The notes: generated by a model from the sequence alone, not told the origin. DNA of 37,520 nucleotides from an uncultured Lachnospiraceae bacterium (GCA_964579815.1 CAZOHP010000003.1:1-37520); one strand, 5' to 3'; positions 25,889 to 34,323 are shown, numbered from the stretch's first letter. Numbers and translations: made by a program.

Positions 25889-26950
25889 TTACATGGTTTT
25901 TTTGCTTTTTTCAAGCGCCATATTCACGATTGTTTGACACAGTTCGACATAATCCATGCCAACGGCAGCGGCCATTTGAGGGAGCAGGCTGGTCGGCGTC
26001 ATGCCGGGCAAAGCATTTGCCTCCAAGCACCACATTTTTCCCGCTCCGTCCATGATATAATCAAAACGCGCATAAGCCTCCAACCGCAATGCCTCGAAAC
26101 CGCGCAGGGTCACGTTTTGCAAGCGCGCCGTCTGCTCGCCCGTCAGCGGGGCGGGACACAGTTCGGTCGCGCAACCGCCCTGGTACTTGTTGTGATAGTC
26201 GTAAAAACCGCTATGCGGAATGATTTCGACCGGGGGGAGCGCCCGGCCGTTCAGTACGCCCACGGTCAACTCACGTCCCTCAATGCGTCGCTCGACGATC
26301 AGACGACGCCCGTATTGAGCACCGTTTGCACCGTTCGCCAGCGCCGCACGCAGTTCATCTTCGGTGTCGACCATGGAAACGCCCACGCTCGACCCTCCCA
26401 CTGCGGGTTTGACCACGCAAGGGAGCCCCACTTCGGCCAACACGCGATCCGCCGCGTCCGGTTCGCGGTCGGGGCAAATCGCAATACCCGCAGGCGTGTC
26501 GATGCCGGCATCCCCCAGCAGGCGTTTGGTCACATCTTTATCCATCGACAACGCCGCTCCCAATGCGCCCGTACCCGTATAACAAATACCGTGGCAGTCC
26601 AGCCATGATTGCAATGTACCGTCTTCGCCCATGCCGCCGTGCATGGCATTGAACACCACGTCGGCATATTGACAAAGCGCCAACACCCCGCGGCCGATCA
26701 GCGCGTTTCCGTTCCCGCTCCGTTCACGCAATGCGACAAGATCGGGCACCTCGCATGTTACGCTGTACTCATATTTGGTATCGTTGCGAAACAACGAATC
26801 AATATCGTGCGGGACATCGATACCGAAATAAGTATCCACCAAGGCCACGCGATGTCCCGCAGCCATTAACGCGTTGGCAATCAAACTTCCCGAGGTCAGT
26901 GACACCTCACGTTCGGACGACAAGCCGCCCGCCAATACGACAATATTCAT
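25889..26950 (-). CDS. ddl: D-alanine--D-alanine ligase
   Basis: MNIVVLAGGLSSEREVSL N-terminus, an ATP-grasp core, and the C-terminal EANALPGMT motif. ATG at 26950 follows AGGAGAG. Confidence 0.92.
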   Translation of the reverse strand: MNIVVLAGGLSSEREVSLTSGSLIANALMAAGHRVALVDTYFGIDVPHDIDSLFRNDTKYEYSVTCEVPDLVALRERSGNGNALIGRGVLALCQYADVVFNAMHGGMGEDGTLQSWLDCHGICYTGTGALGAALSMDKDVTKRLLGDAGIDTPAGIAICPDREPDAADRVLAEVGLPCVVKPAVGGSSVGVSMVDTEDELRAALANGANGAQYGRRLIVERRIEGRELTVGVLNGRALPPVEIIPHSGFYDYHNKYQGGCATELCPAPLTGEQTARLQNVTLRGFEALRLEAYARFDYIMDGAGKMWCLEANALPGMTPTSLLPQMAAAVGMDYVELCQTIVNMALEKSKKTM

Positions 26951-26979
26951 TTGATCTCTCCTTCGTATCATGGAATGTG

Positions 26980-27831
26980 TTACGCCAGTATATGCGGCCG
27001 GGTAACCACCGCGACTCGGTCTTGCCCGCTCATATCACGCAAAATCTCACAATGTGCACCCGCCGCCAGCGCGCGCACCGCCTCGGCTTGATCGTAACCG
27101 ATCTCAAAGGCCATGATACCGCCCTCGCGCAATGCGGCGCGATAATCGTCTTGCAATATTCTGCGATAAAATGTAAGGCCGTCGGTCCCGCCGTCCAGCG
27201 CCGCACGCGGCTCATAGTGCAACTCCTCGGCCAGCGTATCGATCGTCGCCGTCGGAATATAGGGCGGATTGGACAGAATCATGTCAAACCGGCCGAGCGC
27301 GCCGAGAAAATCACCCCTCAACACATCTCCCCGCACAAAAGTCAATCGCGAACCGTCAAGATGATAACGCGCGGCATTTCGCCGGGCAACGGCAAGCGTA
27401 TTTTCGTACAACTCCACCGCCACGCCCGAAAGATCGTTTCGCTCGCAAAGCAAGGAAACGATAACGCAACCGCTCCCCGTACAAAGCTCCAGCACCCGTC
27501 CGCCGCGCGGTGCATGCTTGACCGCATAATCCACCAACGTTTCGGTATCGGCGCGAGGAATGAGGCAGTCGGGACCGACCTCATACTCCTGCCGCCAAAA
27601 GCCCCAAGTGCCGAGCAGATATTGCAAGGGCTCGCGGGCTTCGCGGCGGGCAACGGCACGCGAGAGCAAACCGTCGGGATCATTCAACGGCTCATGCCTT
27701 GAAATGCGCAACCGCTCGGATGGCACTCCCGTCACATGAGCGGCAAGCAACAGTGCCTCCTCGGCGCATTCTTCTATCCCCGCAAGACGCAATTTGGCCT
27801 CAATCTCGGCAACCGTCATAAGTTCCACCAT
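26980..27831 (-). CDS. prmC: Peptide chain release factor N5-glutamine methyltransferase
   Basis: PLQYLLG...F motif, CTGSGCV SAM motif, and SNPPYIP catalytic motif. The start is set after the upstream gene's stop at 27840; 27819 is an alternative. Confidence 0.88.
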   Translation of the reverse strand: MVELMTVAEIEAKLRLAGIEECAEEALLLAAHVTGVPSERLRISRHEPLNDPDGLLSRAVARREAREPLQYLLGTWGFWRQEYEVGPDCLIPRADTETLVDYAVKHAPRGGRVLELCTGSGCVIVSLLCERNDLSGVAVELYENTLAVARRNAARYHLDGSRLTFVRGDVLRGDFLGALGRFDMILSNPPYIPTATIDTLAEELHYEPRAALDGGTDGLTFYRRILQDDYRAALREGGIMAFEIGYDQAEAVRALAAGAHCEILRDMSGQDRVAVVTRPHILA

Positions 27832-27839
27832 TTCGTTTA

Positions 27840-30398
27840 TTATTCTTCCAACACAACGGGACCGAGCAAACCGGAGGGCGGCAATGCCAAAAAGGCGGAA
27901 TAGCAATCGCGATGCTGACCGACCAACGTATTGGCAACCTCTACAGTTACGGTATTGTCCCCCGCATGCAGATGCGTACCGATGGTAAAACGGTAGGGAG
28001 CGGCGATACGAATGCCGCAATTTGCGCCGTTGACATAGACGCGCGCGCACTGCCCCACGCGGCCGAGATCAAGCACGGCGCCGACATTGGGCTCTTCCTG
28101 TGTCAGATGGAACACATAGCGCATCTTGCCGGAGAAATCGGGCAGGCAATCGGAAGCCGTCACGTTGAACAATTCTTTTGTCACCGTCAGATGCTCCCAT
28201 ACGTCAAGATCATCCGAGCGGGCAATATCCACGGTGTAAGTGGGAGTCAACTCGTGCGGCGTCAGCGCTTGCGGTTGCTCTCCCAAAGGCAAGTCGCTCA
28301 AATCCCCGAACACCAAGATCTCGGACTGTCCCGGCAACAGTTTCACGGGAACGGTTCCGTCATCGGTATGTGCGCGGTAAACGATATCCTCCGTCAAGCG
28401 CAACACAGCGTAATCGCCGCGCACCTGCTCGGGTAGGTGAAGCACCGTATCGACAGTCGTGGCAAACGCTTCATTGACCAACATGATGGTATGGCTGTCG
28501 TCATGCACAGTATGGTAAGCACGCAACAACGGGAAATCGCCGTCGACCGAAAGATCGCAAATACCCAGTTCACGTACCGCAGCAGCTAAATCGGACACCG
28601 GAAGCGCACGCCCGACCGCGCCGCGAGGCAGTGCCCCCACGTACAGCACCGGCAGTCCGTCGGCGGCCAACTCGTTCAGACGAACGGTCAACTCGGCAGG
28701 CAACTGCGGTGCGCACGGCACGATCAATGCACCGAAATCTTCCTCACCGATGTGTAATTTCCCCTGCTCGACCGTTGCATTCTCGTACAGTGTATCACCG
28801 CAAACAATATCAAAATCGATATGATCGTCATACAACGCGCGCGCCGGCACTTGAGTCAGCATGGCCGTTCCGCGGGGGTTCATCCACTCGCCCTCGGCAT
28901 GATAAAGCACAGCCACGGAGGCAATATGGCGACCGCCGGATAGCAAATGCGCGGCACGATTGGTGTAGCGCATAAGGGCTCCGAAACCGTCAAATTGCGG
29001 GTCATGCCCCTCGGCTCCCATATGCGGCGGGCTATCGGGGTCGGGATAGGTCGGCGAAAAGGCATGAGGGATGAAATGATTGGTACCGCGCACCAGCAGA
29101 AAATCGATCAGCCATTTCATCATGGGCACACCCTCGCCCCAGCCGTAAGCGCCGAACACCTCGCACATGGCACGTCCCCTCATGCGCGGATTCTGATGTG
29201 CGATCGAAGAGCCGAGTTTTGCCAAAACGTAATGATAAAACTCGGAATCGACCACACCGCCCGAGCAAATACTGGCGCTTGAAACATGTGCAAAGCCCGG
29301 CATGACTTGGTGCAACACGATATCGATTCCGCCCATGTCCTGACCGTCCAGCGCGCGGAAATAGTGTCCTGCGCCGCACGACATGCGGGCATGCGCGTTC
29401 ATATCCTCAATCACATGTCCGATATATTCAACGCCTCTCTCGCGGCACCAGTTCCCCACGCGGCGGCTGAAGTTTTCGCGATAAAGTCGTGTCAAGGCGT
29501 CCATGTAGGCCAAGCGGGTATGCGGTGCGTGATCGCTCGGATACCACAACTCGCCGAGATACGGCACGGCATCTTCTCCCAAAGCCTCGCTCATCAAGGC
29601 AAGCAATTCGTCATTGACGGGAAGCGCCAGCCCGTCTTGACCGATACGTCGGTCATATACACCGTAATCCTCGGTATGATTGCCGAAAAAGCCGTTCGCA
29701 AGTTGAGGTTCATCCGAGAAAAAGCCGGCAAACGTATGACCGAAGTGGCGGGCATAATGAGCATAATGCGGCTCATAGACCGCTTCAATCAGCACGTCTG
29801 TCGAAGCGGCCGAGATCATATCGATCGCGTTCGGACGTATGCCGCGGCGCGAACGATAGATCAGGAAAATGCGATAGCACCCCTCGGGAACATCCCAATA
29901 AAGATAACCGCCCTTGACATTGCGACGCAAATCGATGGGGTCGCCCGTCAACTCCTCACCGTTGCCCGAGCGACGGTACGCAACCGCGCCAAGCAGCATC
30001 TCGTCGGGCGTCGAAGGGGTGACCAGCACCGAGGCATCGGCCATCGGTCCCATGACATCGACATGATGCTCGATCAGCGTCCATTGACGCAAATGAGGAT
30101 ATTTTTTTTCGATCAACCCGTTGGCATAACCGGTGGGATAACGTTTATCGTCCAAGATCCAGACTTTCACGTCGCGCTTTTGGCAGATATCGAGAATGAT
30201 ATCCATATCCGCCCACCATTCTTCGCCGCAAAAATCGGGATGCGGGCGGGATTCGACGCAAACGGCTCGGCACCCGGTCGAAAAGATACGCTCCAGTTGT
30301 TCGGGGATGCGATCGCGGTGATTCCCATGCTGCCAATAAAAGGGGATCAAATAATTGTCCTCTTTACCGCCAAGGACTTGACGAAGTCGTACACTCAT
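27840..30398 (-). CDS. Large cytoplasmic glycoside-hydrolase-like protein (N-terminal TIM-barrel-like region plus C-terminal jelly-roll; GH106/GH2-like, family not assigned)
   Basis: 852 aa with no signal peptide. The FYWQHG...ESRPHPDF...WW.D...VWILDD.RYPTGYANG pattern resembles proteins annotated as glycosylhydrolase-like jelly-roll proteins. ATG at 30398 lies 8 nt after AAGGAGA. Confidence 0.6.
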   Translation of the reverse strand: MSVRLRQVLGGKEDNYLIPFYWQHGNHRDRIPEQLERIFSTGCRAVCVESRPHPDFCGEEWWADMDIILDICQKRDVKVWILDDKRYPTGYANGLIEKKYPHLRQWTLIEHHVDVMGPMADASVLVTPSTPDEMLLGAVAYRRSGNGEELTGDPIDLRRNVKGGYLYWDVPEGCYRIFLIYRSRRGIRPNAIDMISAASTDVLIEAVYEPHYAHYARHFGHTFAGFFSDEPQLANGFFGNHTEDYGVYDRRIGQDGLALPVNDELLALMSEALGEDAVPYLGELWYPSDHAPHTRLAYMDALTRLYRENFSRRVGNWCRERGVEYIGHVIEDMNAHARMSCGAGHYFRALDGQDMGGIDIVLHQVMPGFAHVSSASICSGGVVDSEFYHYVLAKLGSSIAHQNPRMRGRAMCEVFGAYGWGEGVPMMKWLIDFLLVRGTNHFIPHAFSPTYPDPDSPPHMGAEGHDPQFDGFGALMRYTNRAAHLLSGGRHIASVAVLYHAEGEWMNPRGTAMLTQVPARALYDDHIDFDIVCGDTLYENATVEQGKLHIGEEDFGALIVPCAPQLPAELTVRLNELAADGLPVLYVGALPRGAVGRALPVSDLAAAVRELGICDLSVDGDFPLLRAYHTVHDDSHTIMLVNEAFATTVDTVLHLPEQVRGDYAVLRLTEDIVYRAHTDDGTVPVKLLPGQSEILVFGDLSDLPLGEQPQALTPHELTPTYTVDIARSDDLDVWEHLTVTKELFNVTASDCLPDFSGKMRYVFHLTQEEPNVGAVLDLGRVGQCARVYVNGANCGIRIAAPYRFTIGTHLHAGDNTVTVEVANTLVGQHRDCYSAFLALPPSGLLGPVVLEE

Positions 30399-30425
30399 AG
30401 TTATGTTCTCCTTTGCATTCATATT

Positions 30426-31544
30426 TTACAGTTCAACACGCTTAACGGTTTCTCCGCGATCGGAATTGAAAGTGACAGTCACGTCGTCCTCGCGCAATTC
30501 CACCGCCGTACCGATATAAGTCGGTTCCGGGGCGAACGTGGGAGCCGAGCCGATGACAGCAGGCCAGCCGAGCCCTTGGTGATCATCCGCATCGCCGGGC
30601 TTGACCACGCGAACGAAATGCGTGTGCCCATGCAGGCTGAGCGTCGGTTTCACATGCTCGCGCAACAGGCGCACCCATTCGCCGTAAAGCGGCTGTTCAA
30701 TATCAAAAGGCGGTTCGGGAATGCGGAAAAACGGAATATGGCTGATCACAAGGCGAAAATCCACACCCTCGGCCGCATATTCGGCAGATGCGCGGCGAAT
30801 GACCGAGCGGATAAAGTCGGTTTCGGCCAAGCGGTATTCCCGGAAGCATGTCGTATGGCCGTATTCTGCGCAACTGTCCGCTTTATCTTCCCCGCAATCC
30901 AGAACCAATCCCCAGACACGGCCAAGGCGGAAAGTGTAATAAGTGCGGTTGTTGCAGGTGGGAATATAATCCGGCATGTCCTCGGCATGGATGCCGCGTG
31001 TATCGTGGTTGCCGCGCGCAAAAACGACGGGGCAACGGCCGCCTGTCAAAGCGGCGGCGATCTCACAGATGGCATTGAAATTTTCCACCGCGCCGCTATG
31101 GTTGGGGATGTCACCGTTGAGTACGAGCAGATGTAGCGCATCGCCGAAGTAACGCCCCGCCGCCACCGGCTCGGCTACCATATTATGTGCATCGGCAATC
31201 TGATAAATATTGATCGTCCCCTCTGTCGGCAACGGGCGGTAAGCAATCGTCAGTGATTGTTCCGGTTCACTCGTCGGGAAATAGGGCTTACGCTCGATGA
31301 TATTACGCCACAGCACGGTATATTTTCCCGCTGCGTCCAACACATCCATGGGCAGTTCGACGCGATGCATACGTTTGCCCGAGCGCATCACGCCGCAAGA
31401 ATGGTCATAAAAAACACGCTCGCCGACGCGCACGGACATCAAAACTTCGCGAGTGAACGGGATCATAATGGTATAGCGATCTTCCACGGCAAAAACGGTA
31501 GGCAAGCAATACATTTCGGGGGGGAGCATCGATTGAGATGTCAT
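30426..31544 (-). CDS. Metallophosphoesterase (calcineurin-like, with an N-terminal beta-sandwich)
   Basis: IADAH, NGDIPNH, ARGNHD, SHIP and HGHTH motifs in the canonical order. ATG at 31544 follows GGAGGA. Confidence 0.8.
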   Translation of the reverse strand: MTSQSMLPPEMYCLPTVFAVEDRYTIMIPFTREVLMSVRVGERVFYDHSCGVMRSGKRMHRVELPMDVLDAAGKYTVLWRNIIERKPYFPTSEPEQSLTIAYRPLPTEGTINIYQIADAHNMVAEPVAAGRYFGDALHLLVLNGDIPNHSGAVENFNAICEIAAALTGGRCPVVFARGNHDTRGIHAEDMPDYIPTCNNRTYYTFRLGRVWGLVLDCGEDKADSCAEYGHTTCFREYRLAETDFIRSVIRRASAEYAAEGVDFRLVISHIPFFRIPEPPFDIEQPLYGEWVRLLREHVKPTLSLHGHTHFVRVVKPGDADDHQGLGWPAVIGSAPTFAPEPTYIGTAVELREDDVTVTFNSDRGETVKRVEL

Positions 31545-31569
31545 TTTCGTTTCCTCCACATTGATTATT

Positions 31570-32190
31570 TTAGGTTGATTGATCGAATTTGGCACGTAGT
31601 TCGACCACACGGCCGAAGATGCGCAACGGCGTCTCACGCAAGCGGGCAGCCGAGAAAAACATCGGCTCGTAATCGGGGTTGAACGAGAGGAGCATAACGC
31701 CCTCTTTCATGATCTTGACGCGCTTACAGGTAGCACTTGCGCTACCGTCGCCCTCATCAAGCAACACGACGGCGATTTGACCGTCCTCAACGGTCTGCTG
31801 TATACGGACAATGACGATGTCACCGTCTTCCATGCGCGGTTGCATACTGTTGCCGTGAATACGCAATGCGACAAACTCACCCGTTGCCGCCATATCGGCG
31901 GGAATCTCCTCGAAGTCATCCGAATCTGTCAGCGCATCAATGGGCGGCCCGGCTGCCACATCGCCACACACGGGAATACGCACAGCGTTCAAACGAGCGC
32001 TCTGCGGCTCAAACAGCACATGCGGCTCGATACCGAAATATTCCGACAATCGCTCCCGACTGCGGCGGCCGGGCAACGCGCCGTTTTTCCATTTGGTCAC
32101 CGAGCCGGTCGCAATACCACAGGCATGAACGACCTCGGTCGGCGTTTTTCCCGTTTTGCGGCACAACTCGCAAAAATTTTCCCAGAACAT
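31570..32190 (-). CDS. CI/LexA-like repressor: XRE-type HTH plus an S24 autopeptidase domain
   Basis: HTH KTGKTPTEVVHACGIATGSVTKWKNG. Ala-Gly cleavage site in GDVAAGPP. Ser nucleophile in HGNSMQP and general-base Lys in ATCKRV. ATG at 32190 follows AAAGGAGA. Confidence 0.88.
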   Translation of the reverse strand: MFWENFCELCRKTGKTPTEVVHACGIATGSVTKWKNGALPGRRSRERLSEYFGIEPHVLFEPQSARLNAVRIPVCGDVAAGPPIDALTDSDDFEEIPADMAATGEFVALRIHGNSMQPRMEDGDIVIVRIQQTVEDGQIAVVLLDEGDGSASATCKRVKIMKEGVMLLSFNPDYEPMFFSAARLRETPLRIFGRVVELRAKFDQST

Positions 32191-32210
32191 AGCGTCTCCT
32201 TTTTCCACAA

Positions 32211-32303
32211 ACATGCTCAGAAGTGAATTGCATACCATTGGATATAGTGCGGAAAATTCACCTAAAATGAATTTTCTTCTTGACATTTCACCAAAAGTGA
32301 ATT
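32211..32303. promoter_or_regulatory. Operator cluster: two full copies and one partial copy of a 19-bp dyad, AWTTCACCWAAARTGAATT
   Basis: O1 at 32255-32273 is AATTCACCTAAAATGAATT. O2 at 32285-32303 is ATTTCACCAAAAGTGAATT (16/19 identical to O1, offset 30 bp). O3 at 32211-32229 keeps the right half, AAGTGAATT. Confidence 0.7.
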
Positions 32304-32308
32304 ATAAT
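32280..32308 (+). promoter_or_regulatory. Consensus sigma-70 promoter of the tail-fibre-like gene, with operator O2 filling the spacer
   Basis: TTGACA, 17-nt spacer, TATAAT (both hexamers perfect). A ~115-nt leader follows, then AGGAGGA and the ATG at 32430. Confidence 0.8.
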
Positions 32309-32429
32309 AGATGCAGCATGCGATAGCTACGCACGCGAAGAGCGGGCACGGTCAGACCTGTCCGGACAACCTTATTGTACCATGTTTCCGCTCGTTCGTC
32401 AACTATATTTTTCAAATAGGAGGAACAAT

Positions 32430-33971
32430 ATGCCAAATCTTCATGTTTCGATTCGTAACAAAGTTGCCCGAGCGGCGCGACGCGACGGTGCCATCGTATG
32501 CGGCAACAACGATTATTCCGTCATTTTCTCGTTTGACGATGAATGGAAGCAATATGCCGAAAAAACCGCCCGTTTTATTTGGAACGACAATTATTTTGAT
32601 ATTGACTTTATCGGGGACACATGCCCGGTGCCGCCGATCACTTCGGCTCCGTCGCTTGAGGTGGGGGTTTATGCGGGCGAACTGCGCACGACGACTGCGG
32701 CGTTGATTCCCTGCCGTCCGTCCGTTTGCAGTGACACACAAAAGAAAATTGCGCCGGAGGCGGTCGAAGAATACCGCGATCGGGCACAAACGGCGGCAAT
32801 TGAGGCCAAGGCCGCCGCCGCATCGGCCGTGCAGGCGCTTGAGGACTTCCGAGCAAGCAAGGACAGTACCGAACGCTTAGCCGACGATGCATTACGCACC
32901 GCGCAAGCGGCAACGGCGACAGCTGCGGAAGCATCCGGGCGGACAGATGAACTGGCCACGCAGGTCGCTTCGGCCATCGATCACGCATCCGAGATGAGCA
33001 AGCACGCGGCGACCAAGCACATTCGCTATGCGTTCACGGTCGGGCAGGACGACGAGCGAAACTATCTGACCGAGGATTCCTCTGGAATCTATTCGGCGTC
33101 GGGGGCTTTTCGCTACAACGACAGAGACAAGGTGACGATCTATCGCTATCCTTTGACCGACAGCGGCGCGATCACTTCGGCCGTGTGGCACGCGCATTTG
33201 GCGCAACAGCATTTACTGCAAGCATCTGCGGACGGAGAGACATGGCTCACGCTATACGACACCGCAGGCGCATCCTCGGGGACACAGGATCATTACGAAC
33301 TTTGCGGCATACTGCCGTTGGCCGAAGCAGAAGCACTCTATATCAAGATTGCCGACTCCGACACGGCAGACGGACACGGCGGGGCTGTTTTGGCCGACAT
33401 TCCCGTGACGCTGGATCTCACCTATGGGGCGACGCTTCCCTATTTACTGCCCACGGTCGGTGAGGCGGACGAGGGGGCGGTGCTCCGCGTACTCGGCGGT
33501 CGATGGCGCGCTTGCGACGCAACGACGCTGAATTCCCGCGTTTACACGTATCTGTTCAAGGTCGGAGAGGAATCCGAGCAAGCGTATCTTTTGAACGAGT
33601 CGAACGGTTTACTCAACGACACCTGCCGCTACAACGACGGCGTTCGCTCTACCGTTTACCGCTATCACATTGCCAACGCGGCCTTGGTGCGTCGCGTGCT
33701 GTGGACGGCGACGGTCGGGCAACAACTCAAGTTGGAATGCTCAAACGACGGCAAGCAATGGTCGACCGTTTACGATGCGGGAAGCACAAAAACGGCATTT
33801 GCGCGCACGACATACGACTTGACGGCACTGCTCAATCTTTTGGCATTTGACGAAATTTACATTCGCATTTCGGATTCGGACCCATCCGACGGGTTCGGCG
33901 GGGCGATCCGCATGAGCGACGCCGTGGAGTTGCACGTGGAGCGCTGTGAATTGCCGATCGGCATGATGTAA
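32430..33971 (+). CDS. Phage tail-fibre / receptor-binding-like protein: N-terminal beta domain, Ala-rich coiled coil, two tandem ~135-aa discoidin-like repeats
   Basis: AGGAGGA RBS. The N-terminus (NLHVSIRNKV...IVCGNNDYSVIFSFDDEW...VGVYAG) resembles phage baseplate or fibre N-domains. The coiled coil runs AIEAKAAAASAVQALEDF...ELATQVASAI. The repeats share F.VG..E..YL..S.G...RYND..T.YRY...W.A..QQ..L..S.DG..W.T.YD...YI.I.DSD..DG.GGA. There is no signal peptide. Confidence 0.55.
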   Translation: MPNLHVSIRNKVARAARRDGAIVCGNNDYSVIFSFDDEWKQYAEKTARFIWNDNYFDIDFIGDTCPVPPITSAPSLEVGVYAGELRTTTAALIPCRPSVCSDTQKKIAPEAVEEYRDRAQTAAIEAKAAAASAVQALEDFRASKDSTERLADDALRTAQAATATAAEASGRTDELATQVASAIDHASEMSKHAATKHIRYAFTVGQDDERNYLTEDSSGIYSASGAFRYNDRDKVTIYRYPLTDSGAITSAVWHAHLAQQHLLQASADGETWLTLYDTAGASSGTQDHYELCGILPLAEAEALYIKIADSDTADGHGGAVLADIPVTLDLTYGATLPYLLPTVGEADEGAVLRVLGGRWRACDATTLNSRVYTYLFKVGEESEQAYLLNESNGLLNDTCRYNDGVRSTVYRYHIANAALVRRVLWTATVGQQLKLECSNDGKQWSTVYDAGSTKTAFARTTYDLTALLNLLAFDEIYIRISDSDPSDGFGGAIRMSDAVELHVERCELPIGMM

Positions 33972-33979
33972 GGAGGTGA

Positions 33980-34198
33980 GCACATACGGAAACAATCAAG
34001 CAAAAACTGACTTCACGCAAATTATGGGTTGCGCTGGCGGGGTTTATCTCCGCGCTGATCATTGCGTTTGACGGCAACGCCGAGGAGGCCGAAACGGTCA
34101 CGGGGTGCATTATGGCGGGCGCGAACATGATCGCTTACATTATCGGCGAGGGGCTGGTTGACCGCTCCGGGCGTTCCGGGCGGAGCGAGGACGACTGA
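33980..34198 (+). CDS. Holin-like small two-TM ORF with no canonical start codon (non-AUG start or decayed gene)
   Basis: The frame is open stop-to-stop and encodes ..TETIKQKLTSRKLWVALAGFISALIIAFDGNAEEAETVTGCIMAGANMIAYIIGEGLVDRSGRSGRSEDD. That gives two hydrophobic helices and a charged tail. AGGAGG lies at 33971-33976. The first ATG/GTG/TTG in frame is at 34112. Confidence 0.45.
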   Translation, partial: AHTETIKQKLTSRKLWVALAGFISALIIAFDGNAEEAETVTGCIMAGANMIAYIIGEGLVDRSGRSGRSEDD

Positions 34199-34210
34199 GG
34201 GCGAAAAACA

Positions 34211-34243
34211 GCAAGGGAGACCTCCGACGGAGATCTCCCCTGC
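34211..34243. terminator. Terminator hairpin shared by the convergent holin-like ORF and the surface-protein gene
   Basis: GCAAGGGAGACCTCC-GAC-GGAGATCTCCCCTGC. On the minus strand it is followed by TGTTTTT. Confidence 0.75.
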
Positions 34244-34323
34244 TTATGTTATTTCACCATGCGGCCTTACTCACCCAAACGCAACGCGTTTTTCAAGGCT
34301 CACGGTTATGTTGCGAAATTCGC

